Source: Felis catus (taxonomy: Eukaryota). Taken from it: 64,000 nucleotides of DNA. Shown here one piece after another: positions 1 through 12,378 of this stretch; position 1 is the first letter of the stretch, and every line of letters starts with the position of its first letter. The stretch spans positions 111,230,001 through 111,294,000 of the forward strand of contig NC_058368.1 of NCBI RefSeq assembly GCF_018350175.1, given 5' to 3'. The translations under genes and the position numbers were made by a program. The notes under the pieces were generated by a model. The model did not search any database and was not told the DNA's origin. It was given only the letters and a program-made list of their open reading frames with translations.

Positions 1-964
1 CTTCCCTTACCTCATGTGTTGTTCAAGAAGCATTCAAGATGGCTATATAAATGGGTTCTATAAACGTTGAGGGGATAAAATTCAGGAAAATGAAACCTTT
101 TAAAACCTGTGTAAATAATCAGATAAGTAACATATTTAGCTGCTTTTCATGAATATATTTAGCTTTCCCATTGGTGACTTCTCATTGGTGGTACCATTGA
201 ACAGTGGCCTTTCCCCTATGGCCAATTTTTTTTTGTCTTATCTTAAAATGATTCCAGGCCTAAAAGGTCACCATTTGAATACTTTAAGTACTTTTCCATT
301 GGATTACCATGGCATATGCACATTTATAAATCTGTTGCTTTCTTTGGGGTCTTAAGATAGAGATCAGTAAAAAAACAAAACAAAAACCCTAAATGTAAAT
401 AGAAAGGTCCAGAAATTAACCAGAAATGTTCTTATTGGAGACAGTGCCCCTGATAAGAGCCAGGACTAAATGGATTGGTTTAACTGTTCCTTCTGGTCCC
501 AGTGTTTTTGTTTCTTTTGTTTTGTTTTCTTATTTGGAAAGATGACTATGATTGGGATGGTTTTGGATTTTCTGATCTCCTAAATCCCCTACCTTGTAAT
601 TTAGCAGTTAAGTAAAAGGGAACCAAATCACATATTTGAGTCAGAATGGTGCCATACTGTGCAGGGTGACAGATTTAGTTTTGTGTTCAAAGAAGTTAAG
701 ATGATATTTTGATAATAAAACTTAATCTAATTGGTATCCTATGGTATGAAATGTCATATATATGCTTAAATATAAAGTGATCCTCCGAAAAGGCAATTCT
801 CCATTTTCCCAATGAGAAAATTTTCCCCTCTTCATTTTTCTTCAACTCACTTTGAAGTATGAAATTCTAGGGGTATGTATGAAATAAACAAATGACTATT
901 TGTGGTATTTGGTGTTTTATTTTATTAACATATGCATCTTTAAACTTTGTATTTAAAAAATATA

Positions 965-1588
965 CAGTAAAACCTTGGATTGCAAGTAACTTGTTCTGTG
1001 AGCGAGCGTTCCACAAGATGAGCAAACATTTCTGATAAATTGTAACTTGATAAACGAGTGATGTCTTGCAATACTAGTGGTACAAGACACCAAATGTCAC
1101 ATGATCACAACTGAGCCAATGGTTCCCCCTCTCTATCTCTCTTGCTGTGGGAGTGGATGATCATTGATGCAATGTCACATTTCCATAAAATTTTCAAAAG
1201 GAGGCAAAAGCAAATGTCATTGGATAGGTTCCTTGTTAAAGTTGCACGAAATGAAAAAGATTACATTGAATTACCAGTAGACAGCAGTGATTCCATTAGT
1301 GATAGTGAAAGTCATCCTACACAATAACCCTCCTCCTCTCTCTTGTCTCCCTCACACCAGCCACGAAGGTTTTCAAAGGTAAGTGCAGGTTAATTTGTTT
1401 ATTTTTCTTTATATTTTGAATTTATTATTTTGTATCATATTACAGTATTGTAATCATTTTTATGTGAATATTTTTGGGTTGTGGAACGATTCATGTGAGT
1501 TTCCATGATTTCTTATGAGGAAATTTGCTTTGATATACAAGTGCTTTGGATTACAAGCATGTTTCTGGAATGAATTATGGTTTTACTG
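965..1588 (+). mobile_element. TcMar/Tigger-type DNA transposon, internally deleted
   Basis: Terminal inverted repeats CAGTAAAACC (965-974) / GGTTTTACTG (1579-1588), TA on both flanks; internal ORF 1142-1327 resembles a pogo/Tigger transposase C-terminus (KRRQKQMSLDRFL). Confidence 0.8.
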
Positions 1589-1933
1589 TATATGTAAGGA
1601 GGGGCACCTGGGTGGCTCAGTGTGTTCAGCATCTGACTTTGGCTCAGGTCATGATTTCATGGTTCATGGATTCAAGCCCCATATTGGGACTCTGATCCTC
1701 TATCTCCCTCTCTCTCTGCCCCTCCCCCACTCTTGCACACATGTGCATGCGCACTCTCATAAATAAACATTAAAAAAAGATATATGTAAGGAAAAAATTT
1801 AAATACTATGTATTAGAAACATTCATTTTTTCCTTCTATACTTATGAAATCATTTTATTTAAAATCTTTAATGCACTTTTTTTAAAGGCTTTTTTTGTTT
1901 ATTTTAGAAAGAGAGCATGAGTGGGTGAGAGGA

Positions 1934-1966
<33 letters not shown>

Positions 1967-3214
1967 CTCAAGCATGCTCCCTGCTCAGCACGGAGCTCAA
2001 TGAGGGGCTTGATCACATGACCCTTGGATCATGAGCCGAGCCAAAATCAAGTGTTGGATGCTCAACCAACCGAGTCACCCAGGCACCCCTTTAATGCACT
2101 TTTTGATTTTAAAATGCTTATTGTGAAACACACTTACACTTTATATAAAACACATATGCACAGTTTATTTATTTATTTTTAAAGTAATCTCTGTGCCCAG
2201 TGTGGAACACAAACTCACGATCCTGAGATCAAGAGTCACATGCTCTACTGACTGAGCCAGCCGGGTGCTCTGCATATGTACAGTTTATTTGTTTGTTTAT
2301 TTATTTAAAATATTTATTATTTTGAGACTAATGGTCTTTGGCTATTAAATGTGTTAATTGAAGTCAGCTGACGGAGTGACTTTACCATATGCATTTATTA
2401 GACTCAAAGATGAGGATTTTCATTGTAAATGCATATTTAAAGAGGAACTTTCAGTCTTTACTGAAAATTATTCATTAAGCCATTTTGTATTGTATGGTAA
2501 ACTGTTACAAGGTAGAATTGTAAAGGCATATGTTTGCAACCGCTAATCTGCTCCAAGTTGTTAAGAACAACATGCATAGCCACCTCTCCTGAGTTAGAGA
2601 TATCAGATAAAAAGACTCCTTGGCCTATATAGATAAACAAATATTATTAACTAATAGTAAAATAAATTTGGGAGTGGAAGGGCCTTAATGAGAGAAGAAT
2701 CATACTTGATTAACATAACAAATATGGATGTAGTGAATCTGTGGCTCAAGCCACTTGTCTGTGGCTCAAGCCTTTCTTGTCTGAGTTGACATACTTTACG
2801 TTAAACCTAACCTTACAGAAAAATTGAACTTTATGTTAAAATTTGCTTAGAGAGCAAGTAAGAAACAAACAGAATCAAAGGGATACAGGATACTTTACTT
2901 CCAGATCAGAAAGAACATATGTATTATCCTGGCAGTGTTTTATTAAAATAAAATCAATGTCCAGTATTTTTTAAAAAAGGAAATAGGAGATGAGACCAGA
3001 AAGGAAGCCAGGGATAGAGGGTCCAACAAGCTAAGATAAGGACTTTGGAAGTTTTGAGCAGGGAAGTTGATACGATCCATGTTTTAAAAAGGTGATACGA
3101 TGTGCAGGGAATAAATTATAGAGGGATAAGCGTTGCTGCAAAAGTATCAGTTGGTCAAGTGCTTTTCAGACTTTAACTGTGATCTACAATAAAAAAATAC
3201 ATTTTAAGTAGTGA

Positions 3215-3216
<2 letters not shown>

Positions 3217-3258
<42 letters not shown>
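3217..3258. repeat. (TA)n microsatellite
   Basis: Pure TA run. Confidence 0.95.
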
Positions 3259-3262
<4 letters not shown>

Positions 3263-3552
3263 GAAACCACAATATTTGTCTTTAATTACATGTAATGTAC
3301 TGTGATGTTTGCCATTCTTTTTTTTTTAAGTTTATTTATTTATTTTGAGGGAGACAGAGACAGCATGAGTGGGGGAGAGACAGAGAGAGAGGGAAAGGGA
3401 AAGGGAGAATTCCAGCAGGCTCCCAGCTGCCAGCACAGAGCTTGATATGGGGTCTGAACTCGTGAAACTGTGAGATCATGACCCGAGCCGAAACCAAGAG
3501 TCAGATGCTCAACTGACTAAGCCACCCAGGCGCCCCTATATTTGCCATTCTT

Positions 3553-3769
3553 TTTTTTTTTTTTTTCAACTTTTATTTATTTTTGGGACAGAGAGAGACA
3601 GAGCATGAACGGGGGAGGGGCAGAGAGAGAGGGAGACACAGAATCGGAAACAGGCTCCAGGCTCTGAGCCATCAGCCCAGAGCCTGACGCGGGGCTCGAA
3701 CCCACGGACCGCGAGATCGCGACCTGGCTGAAGTCGGACGCTTAACCGACTGCGCCACCCAGGCGCCCC
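3553..3769 (-). mobile_element. Young feline Can-SINE
   Basis: GGGGCGCCTGGGTGGCGCAGTCGG head on - strand, CpGs intact, (CT)n and A tail; TSD TGCCATTCTT at 3543-3552 and 3770-3779. Confidence 0.95.
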
Positions 3770-4639
3770 TGCCATTCTTAACTAATGTCTTCTGTTTGAT
3801 GACAAAAAGGATAGTTTGTAACTCATTGATTTTATAAGTCATTTAATATGTTGCTACTCACAGTTTGATAAATAGTATTAATCCACTAGTATAAAACATT
3901 TTTGTACAATGAGAACCTTTGTAGAGACTCATATAAGATGACTTCTGTTTTGAGAAATAAGTTTTAAGGAAAAATCTCACCTTATAATTGGGTGTTTATG
4001 GTACTTTGAAAAATCAATAGCATTTTAACTAATAAGAAATAAAATTAAATATTCTATCATAACTATTTACGAGGTAAAAAATATTTAGTAGCAAATTAGC
4101 TAAATTTAGTTTCTTTTTTTTTCCTCTTTTTTTGGGAGTGGAGATAGAGTGCGTGCGTGTGCACATGGAGGAGGGACAGAGGGAGAAAGAGAGAATCTTA
4201 AGCAGGCTCCATGCTCAGTGTGGAGGTGATGCAGGTCTCGATCTCATGACAGTGAGATCATGACTGAGCTGAAATCAAGAGTCCAATGCTTAACCAACTG
4301 AACCACCCAGGTGCCCCTAACTAGGTTTAGTTTAAATAAGTTACAATATCTTAATGAAAAAAGCATGAAATATAGTTGGAAGATACATGTTTGAATAAAT
4401 GTAGAGATATACCATGTTTGTAAATGGAAAAACTTTCTATCATAACAATATCAAGCTATCTAAAACTAATACATACATCAAATGTGATTCTAGTCATTTT
4501 ATTTTGTATGTGTAGGAATCTGCATAAAGGGTCTTACATTTTTGTGTATGTTTGAAAATTTTCATAATAAAAAGGTTTATAAGAAGGTATCTTACCTTTT
4601 TTTAATAACTTCCTTTTTCTCTTAATATTCTTTTTTAAA

Positions 4640-4780
4640 CTTAAAAATTTTTTTAAGTTTATTTCTTTATTTTGAGAGAGAGAGCAGGTGAGCAAAGGAG
4701 GGGCAGAGAGAGAGAGAAAGGGAGAAACCCAAACAGGCTCCGTGCTATCAGCACAGAGCCCGATGAGGGACTCGAACTCA
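4640..4780 (-). mobile_element. 5'-truncated Can-SINE joined to POLR3K fragment
   Basis: Begins at the B-box region TGAGTTCGAG on - strand, with (CT)n and A-rich tail; head is missing. Confidence 0.85.
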
Positions 4781-4783
4781 GTA

Positions 4784-4910
4784 ACTTCGGATTTGTTACC
4801 TTGTGAGTGATGTTGCACATGTAGCAGCAGGTGTTGCAGGCAAAGTGCTAGCAGCGCTGTCCCTCCTCCATGATCATCCCATTCCCACAGCTCAGGCAGA
4901 AAAGCAGCAT
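4784..4910 (-). pseudogene. POLR3K: Processed pseudogene fragment of RNA polymerase III subunit RPC10/C11
   Basis: Minus-strand translation from ATG 4910: MLLFCLSCGNGMIMEEGQRC*HFACNTCCYMCNITHKVTNPK, matching recalled POLR3K MLLFCPGCGNGLIVEEGQRCHRFACNTCPYVHNITRKVTNRK; in-frame TAG at 4850-4848. Confidence 0.9.
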
Positions 4911-5014
4911 GGCAGCCAACTTTCTTATTTCCTTTTATTGTCTAATTTTAGGGATAGAAATAACAGTTTATTCCTGGGTAGGAGAAATAATTCTCAGGAT
5001 TTTTTTTTTAATAT

Positions 5015-5840
5015 AACAGCTTTAAAGTGTACAGTTCAATGGTTTTTAGTGTATTCACAGAGTTTTGCTTCCATCAGTACTATCCGTTTTATAATATATT
5101 TTATAATTCTCAAAAGAAACTTTGTTCCCATTAGCAGTTATTCCCCATTCCCTCCTCCACCCAGCCAGGGGAACTGCAAATCTGTCTCTGTGTCTGTGAA
5201 TTCTCCTATTCCGGACATTTCATGTAAATGAATCATACATTGTACGTATGCCCTTTTGTGACCAGCATCTTTCACTTAGCTAATGTTTTCAAGGTTTATC
5301 TGTGTTAAAAAATGTCATCAATATTTCATTCCTTTTATGATCAAATAATATTCCATTGTATAGATACACCCCTTTTGTTTATCTGTTCATCAGTTGCTGA
5401 ACATTTGGGTTGTTTCCACTTTTTGGCAATTGTGAATAATGGTGTTATGAACATTTGTGTATGAGTTTTTATGCAGGGTAGGAGTGGAATTGCTGGATTA
5501 TACATTAACTGTTTAATACTTTGAGGAACTGCCAAAATGTTTTCTGCTGTAGTTGCACCATTTTACACTTCCACTAGCAATGTATGAGGCTTCCAGTTTC
5601 TCTGCATTCTTGTTAACACTAAAATGTTTACTGTCTTTTCATTTTAGTCATCTTACTTGGTGTCAGTGCCATCCTGTTGTGGTTTTGATTTCTATTTCGC
5701 TAGTGACTAATAATGTTGAGTGTTTTTTGCATGTACTTACTGGCCATTTGTATATCTCTTTAGAAATATATTTGAATGTCTAAATCCTTTGCTCATTTTT
5801 AATTGAGTTATATGTCTTTTTATTGTTGAATTGTATGAGT
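5015..5840 (-). mobile_element. Old L1 (L1M-type) 3' fragment
   Basis: Degenerate ORF2 C-terminal peptide on - strand (YNPAIPLL...FTIAKKWKQPKC) and L1M 3' UTR-like sequence. Confidence 0.8.
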
Positions 5841-5920
5841 ACCACATGTTGCACTGTATTTTTAGAAGTATTTTTATTGCTTTGTTTGCAAGACTAATTT
5901 TTTTCTCTTCTTATTGGAAG

Positions 5921-6409
5921 GTCCTGTCCAAAATACACTGATGTCTTCACAAGTATCAGTGAGCCAAGGATATAATTCTCAGCTTCCAGGATCCTACCCT
6001 CATCTAATACCAGCAAAGACTCTGAATCCCGTCTCTGGACAGTCTAACTATGGTGGTTCTCAGACTGTTTCTCCCTTAAGTAATTATCAGGGACCTGGGC
6101 AGACTCTTTATAGACCACTTGTGGCTTCTAATCCAGTGACAACTTCACTCCACGGTGGTTCTGTTCCCCGAATGCCACTACCTACTTCTCAGAACGCAGC
6201 TGCTACATCAATGCCTTCTGGTAGCTTTCTTCCTGGAGCCAGTGTACAACCACCTTCAAATTGGCAATATAACTATCCATCCACAGGATCCCAGACAGAC
6301 CATTGTCCTCGTGCATCATCCCAATCTCTGTCTGGGAATACAAATTTGACAACTCATCAATATGTTTCTTCTGGGGATCCTTCACTTCAAAACAGCTTCA
6401 TAAAATCAG
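5921..6409 (+). CDS. SEC24A: SEC24A exon 2 (Pro/Ser/Gln-rich N-terminal region)
   Basis: ttggaag|GTCCTG...TCAG|gtaaag; encodes GPVQNTLMSSQ...QNSFIKSG; 489 nt, phase 1-1. Confidence 0.95.
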
Positions 6410-6716
6410 GTAAAGTTCTTAATAGGAGTGCTTCATATGTAGAAATGAAGAAAGTTTTGCTTGTTTAGATGTTCTAATTAACATTTCAAGCCCTGAAACC
6501 ATATGGAGAACTATTGGTTTTTTAAATCATTGTTAATCTTTAAAGAAATTACTTTTCTAAACTTTGAGTTAACTTAAAATCATGGATTTGCTTCCTTCCT
6601 TTGAAACTATGCTCTGTGTTTCTTTCAGCCATGATATTTCAGGGAATCAGATATGCATACAGAACCACTTCCTTAAGGACTTGCCATTACTTTTTTTTTT
6701 AATGTTTTTATTTATT

Positions 6717-6763
<47 letters not shown>

Positions 6764-7169
6764 GTGTGTGAGCAGGGAAGGGGCAGAGAGAGAGAGGGAG
6801 GGAGACCCAGAGCTTGAAGCAGGCTCCAGGCTCTGATCTGTCAGCACAGAGCCCAATGTGGGACTTGAAACTCACGAGCCGTGAGATCATAACCTGAGCC
6901 AAAGTCGGACACTTAACTGACTGAGCCACCCAGGCACTCCATTGCCATTACTTTTATTAACTGGGTTCCATCTTGTAGTGTAGGAAGCTCAGTCCCTCTG
7001 ATCTGTCTTTGGTCTTGATCTGAAGAAGCTTGGATTATCTTTTTGTTGTAGCTTAGATAGTTTTGGTCCCCAGAAACTATAGTATCCTGTAGGGGTAGGT
7101 GAGAACAGACAGTAGCTTTTCTAGTGAGGAGTGTTATTGAGCAGAACTGCAGTTTTAGAAAACAGTGGG

Positions 7170-7650
7170 CAGAGATTTATATCTATGTTTTCTTGTGAAA
7201 GTTTTATAGTTTTAGTCCTTATATTTAGGTCTTTGATTGATTTGAGAGTTAATTTTTGTGTATGGTGTTAGGTAGGGATTCAACTTCATTCTTGTGCCTC
7301 TGGGTTTGCATTTAACCCAGGTCTATTTGATGGAAGGAATGTTGTTTCTTCCAATGAATGTTGTTGGCCCCCTTATTGAAAATCAATTGATCATAAATGT
7401 AAAGATTTATTTCTAGACTCTGATTTCTATTCTGTTGATCTATGTCTATCTTTATACCAGTATCAATTTGATTACTGTAGTTTTATAGTAAGCCTTGAAT
7501 TTGGCAGGTATAACTCCTCTAACTTTTTTTTTTTTTTTTTTTTAAGACTGTGTTGGCTGTTCTGTGTCCCTTGGCATTTCCATGAGAGTTTTAGTATTAG
7601 CTTGTCAATTTTTGCAAAAAAGACAGCTGGATTTTTGATAGGGATATCAG
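7170..7650 (-). mobile_element. Old L1 ORF2 fragment
   Basis: Antisense L1 ORF2-like sequence (gttttatagtttta...tttaggtctttgat...gattactgtagttttatagtaag). Confidence 0.75.
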
Positions 7651-8474
7651 TAATTACCTTGTATATGTATTTCTGGGTCTGTATACTACATACATTTCAT
7701 CAGGCTCCTGGAAATATTTTTCTTAGCCTCTCGTCAGTCATCAGCCCCAATGAACTCATTTTGCATTTTGGCCTATCAAGGTTAAAGCTGCTTCTAGGAA
7801 ATTAGTTTCTTTGTAAAAATCTGATCTGCTGTTAAAACTCAATCTTTCTGGTTGCTTTTATTCTTACTCATTTGGCACCATAAGTGAGGGTCAGTCACTT
7901 GAAATTAATGAATTTTCACCTTATTATTGATAATTCTAAAAACATTTATTGAATATTATTTTCCAGCACTTTACCAAACTTTTATATGTGGTATCTTATT
8001 TAATCTTCACACAGTCTCTTTTACAGATAAGAAATGTGAGGCTTGCATACTTTGCCCAAAGCCACAAGAAAATAGTTTGGGAAGAGATATAATTTAAAAC
8101 CTATTAAAGGGGCACCTGGGTGGCTCAGTCGGTTAACCTTCTGACTTCGGCTCTGGTCATGATCTTGCAGATCAGGAGTTTCAGCCCCCTGTCAGGCTCT
8201 GTACTGACTGTGTGGAGCCGACTTGGGGTTCTCTCTCCTCTCTTTGCCCCTTCCCCACTTGCACTCTTGCTCTCAAAATTAATAAATACATTTTTAAAAA
8301 TTAAAAAAAAAAGATAACTATTTAAGAGTACATGTAGCTTTTCATTAAAAAGGACATCATCAATAATCTGAAATTTTTTTGTCTGTAACAGAAGTCCTCA
8401 GGTAGAGGGCTACACCACAGATGTGGTAAAGGAGACATAAGCAAGTGTCAAAACTTATGAAGGTTCCCATATAA

Positions 8475-8688
8475 TTTTTTTTTTTTCAACGTTTATTTAT
8501 TTTTGGGACAGAGAGAGACGAGCATGAACGGGGGAAGGGCAGAGAGAGAGGGAGACACAGAATCTGAAACAGGCTCCAGGCTCTGAGCCATCAGCCCAGA
8601 GCCTGACGCGGGGCTCGAACTCATGGACCGCGAGATCGTGACCTGGCTGAAGTCGGACGCCCAACCGACTGCGCCACCCAGGCGCCCC
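8475..8688 (-). mobile_element. Young feline Can-SINE
   Basis: Perfect 18-nt TSD ATGAAGGTTCCCATATAA at 8457-8474 and 8689-8706. Confidence 0.95.
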
Positions 8689-11600
8689 ATGAAGGTTCCC
8701 ATATAAGAGAAGGAAAATGGGGTGTCTGAGTGGCTCAGTCAGTTAAATGTCTGACTTCTGATTTTGGCTCAGGTCATGATCTTACAGTTCATGAATTCGA
8801 ACCCCGCATGGGGCTCTGCACTGATAACTTGGAGCCTGCTTGAAATTCTCTCTCTCTCTGTCCCTTCCATGTTCTCTCTGCCCATGTTCCCTGTTCCCAT
8901 GTGCTCTCTTTCTTACAAAATAATAAATAAACTTTATGGGGTGCCAGGGTGGCTCAGTTTGGTTAATAATCTGGCTTTAGCTCAGGTCATGATCTCACGG
9001 CTCGTGAGTTCGAGCCCCGTGTTGGACTCTGTGCTGAGATTCTTTGTCTCCCTCTCGCTCTCCTCCTCCCATGCTCATGCTCTGTCTCTCTCTGTCTCTC
9101 AAAAATAAATAAACTTAAAAAAATCAGTAATAATAAATAAATAAACATAGAATTAAATAAATATATATATAAAATGAAAGAAGGATATATAAACTAAGAA
9201 TATTAACCTTAAATGTATTACTACTCTTTTCTTTTTAAGATATTTCTAAAAACTTCCTCATTTTTTACCTTTGTTTTTTCAACACATCATTGGCAATAGG
9301 TGCCTGATTATCTGATCTCAAAACTCTGTCTAGGTTATATTGTTTCTAGTCCACATATTAAATTTCTCTGACTTTTTTTTTTCTAATAGGCTATGTTTTA
9401 ACATCCTTACATTAACTTTAGGGATCTCAAAGGGCAGGTTTTAAAACTCTAGCTATTAGTGTTACAAATAAGAATTATTCAGTTTGTCAGGCACCTGGAT
9501 AGCTCAGTCATTTGAGCGTCTGACCCTTGGTTTCGGGTCAGATCATGTTCGCATGGTTTGTGGATTCAAGCACCACATTAGGCTTTGTGCTCACAGTGTG
9601 GGCCTGCTTGGGGTTCTGTCTCCCTCTCCCCTTCCCATGGTCAAAATAAATAAATAAACTTTAAAAGAAAAAAATAATTATTCAGTTTGAAGGGCGCCTG
9701 GCTGGCTCAATCAGTGGAGTATGCAACTCTTATCTCAGGTTTCTGAGTTTGAGCCCCATATTGGGTTTAGAGATTACTTAAAATCTTTAAAAAATTATTC
9801 AGCTTGACAAAATATCTGTTTTATGAAATGTAGCATATTGTGGTTTCAATTTTTTTTCCTTAAAGTTATGAAAAATCTCTACGCTTACTAGTATTTTGTT
9901 AAACATTAGTTTGTTACCTCTTTGTGGTCGGATATATCATACATTCTTGCTCATGCTGAGTTGGTAGTGTACCTTGTCCTTTTGTTCCTTTGACTTGTCT
10001 GTATTGCCTTGGATATGTGTCAGTGTTGCTTTGATAAGAGAGTTATATGGCAGTAATCTTTGTCTTCCCTTGTCAGCAGGGCACTGATTCATCTTGTTGG
10101 GGCTACAAGGTTCAATAATACGATCATTTTTCATTTGGCTCTGAAGATTTGAACAATATTGAAGAACCATTGAAAATTTTCATGTCTGGGGGCGCCTGGG
10201 TGGCTCAATCAGTTAAGTGTCCGACTTTGGCTCAGGTCATGATCTCACATTTGTGGGTTCAAGCCCCTCATTGGGCTCTGTGCTGACAGCTGAGAGCCTG
10301 GAGCCTGCCTCAGATTCTGTGTCTTTCTCTCTCTCTCTCTCTGCCCCTTCCCTGCTTGTGCTCTCTCTCTGTCTCTGTTTCCCAAAAATGAATACATGTT
10401 CAAAATAATTAAAAAAAAAAAAAGAATACAAAGAAAATTTTCATATCTGGGTATCTTTATTCTCGTTAAAAAATACAAGGTTTTACAAAATACAGGTAGA
10501 ATATTAGCAAAAATGTATTACCTATTTCACTTACAAATTCAGAGGATTAAAAAAAGTCCTAGAATGAAAAAATTAAATCATATTCTTACCAGCCATGTTT
10601 CATCTTCTTTGTAGACTTTGTTCTTCCTCTGGTAAATGAGCAGGTGGGAACAATGTTCTTGACTTGAATGAACAGGTGGTATGAGTTTTGGAACTTTAAA
10701 AACAAATTTTTTTTTAACGTTTATTTATTTTTGAGACAGAGAGAGACAGAACATGAACAGGGGAGGGTCAGAGAGAGAGGGAGACACAGAATCGGAAACA
10801 GGCTCCAGGCTCTGAGCTGTCAACAACAGAGCCTGACCCAGGGCTCGAACTCACGGACCCCGAGATCATGACCTGAGCCGAAGTTGGATGCTTAACCAAC
10901 TGAGCCACCCAGGTGCCCCATGGAACTTTTGATATCATGGAGAAGAGTTTCCCCAAAAGTAACTGACAGTGTTTTTACACTTATCAAAACTTACTGTCCT
11001 GATAGAAAACTGGTAAAATCAAGGCAGGGAGATACAAGGAGATACAAGAACAAATACCATGTTATTCTTAGTTTTGTTTGATGAGTACTTTTTTCTTTTT
11101 TTTAATGTTTTTATTTATTTTTGAGACAGAGAGAGACAGAACCTGGATGGGTGAGGGACAGAGTGAGAGGGAGACACAGGATCCGAAGCAGGCTTCAGGC
11201 TCTGAGCTGTCAGCACAGAGCCTGACATGGGGCTGGAACTCACAAACTATGAGATCATGACCTGAGCTGAAGCTGGACACTTAACCGACTGAGGCACCCA
11301 GGTGGCCCTAGTTTGATGAGTACTTTTAAACCTCTTGGATATTAGTGTTTTATAAAGCATATACATAAACTTTGTATCGTTTCCTGATTTTTAAGCCTAG
11401 GGAATGTTCTTAATACAGTATATTTCAACCATCATTGAAACTAAACTACTTTTTTAAAAATATATATTTATTTTGAGAGAGAGAGGGAGAGAAAGAGCAG
11501 AGAAGAGTTAGAGAGAAGGAAAGAGAGAATCCTAAGCAGTCTCCATGCTGTCAGTGTGGGACTCGATCCGATTGAACTGTGAGATCATTACCTTAGCCAG

Positions 11601-12207
11601 AATCAAGAGTCAGTCAGACGCTCAACTGACTGAGCCACCCAGGTGCCCCAAAAGCAAACTACTTTTTATTATTATTAGCTAAACATTGAACAAGGTACAA
11701 ATTTATAATCCCATTCTGAAAGGTTATGGGCCAATTAAAATGAAGCAAAATGAAATAAAACTTGCAGAATTTAGAATAACCACAATAGTTTATAGTTTTA
11801 GAAAGCTGTCAACCTAATTGAATTAACTGACTGGCCTATATTAATAGGTTATTAATAAAATTTTATTCATGTTAATTTGTATCAGAATGTTTGACAAGAC
11901 CTTGTTGAAGCTCTATGACCAGGTTATAAAAAGTTAAACAGGGCATTGAAGTGATTTGATGCTTATTTTATATTTATACTACTTTAATAATTGATAAATT
12001 AAGAAGCATGTGAAAGAGACTTGGAAATGTGTAAAGCATGCATATAAATGAAGAATTCATAAGCCTGAGCAGGTAACCTATTTCTGGTAATTTGGTACTG
12101 ATTTTAATTAAAATGTAAATTTAGAAGTTACTCAAATTTGGTAAAAGGCTGTTTTGCCCTTTTTCTTAAGTACGTAAGTGACTTGTGAAAAAACAATATT
12201 TCTATAG

Positions 12208-12378
12208 GTTCTGCACCCCCCTTAGTGAATCCACCTCTGCCTACCACTTTTCAACCAGGAGCTCCTCTTGGGCCCCCTCCAACTGGAGGACCACCTCCAT
12301 TGAGGGTGCTCACTCCTCAGAAATCATCACATAGAGGTGTACCCCAGCCCTCATTTAATTCAGCTGTCAACCAAGAAG
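12208..12378 (+). CDS. SEC24A: SEC24A exon 3
   Basis: ctatag|GTTCTG...GAAG|gtaagc; SAPPLVNPPLPTTFQPG...SAVNQE. Confidence 0.95.

Noticed and set aside
2738..2772. Direct repeat TCTGTGGCTCAAGCC twice (similar short duplications near 11029, 32055, 37896)
   Set aside because: Ordinary slippage duplications with no array or spacer structure; not CRISPR-like.
4803..5231. 142-aa + strand ORF
   Set aside because: It is the antisense reading of the POLR3K fragment plus L1 sequence; no independent coding signal.
9692..9790. tRNA-Lys-like sequences (also ~18780, ~29757, ~35733, ~43384, ~45341)
   Set aside because: Short old tRNA-derived SINEs with A tails and a degenerate cloverleaf; not tRNA genes.
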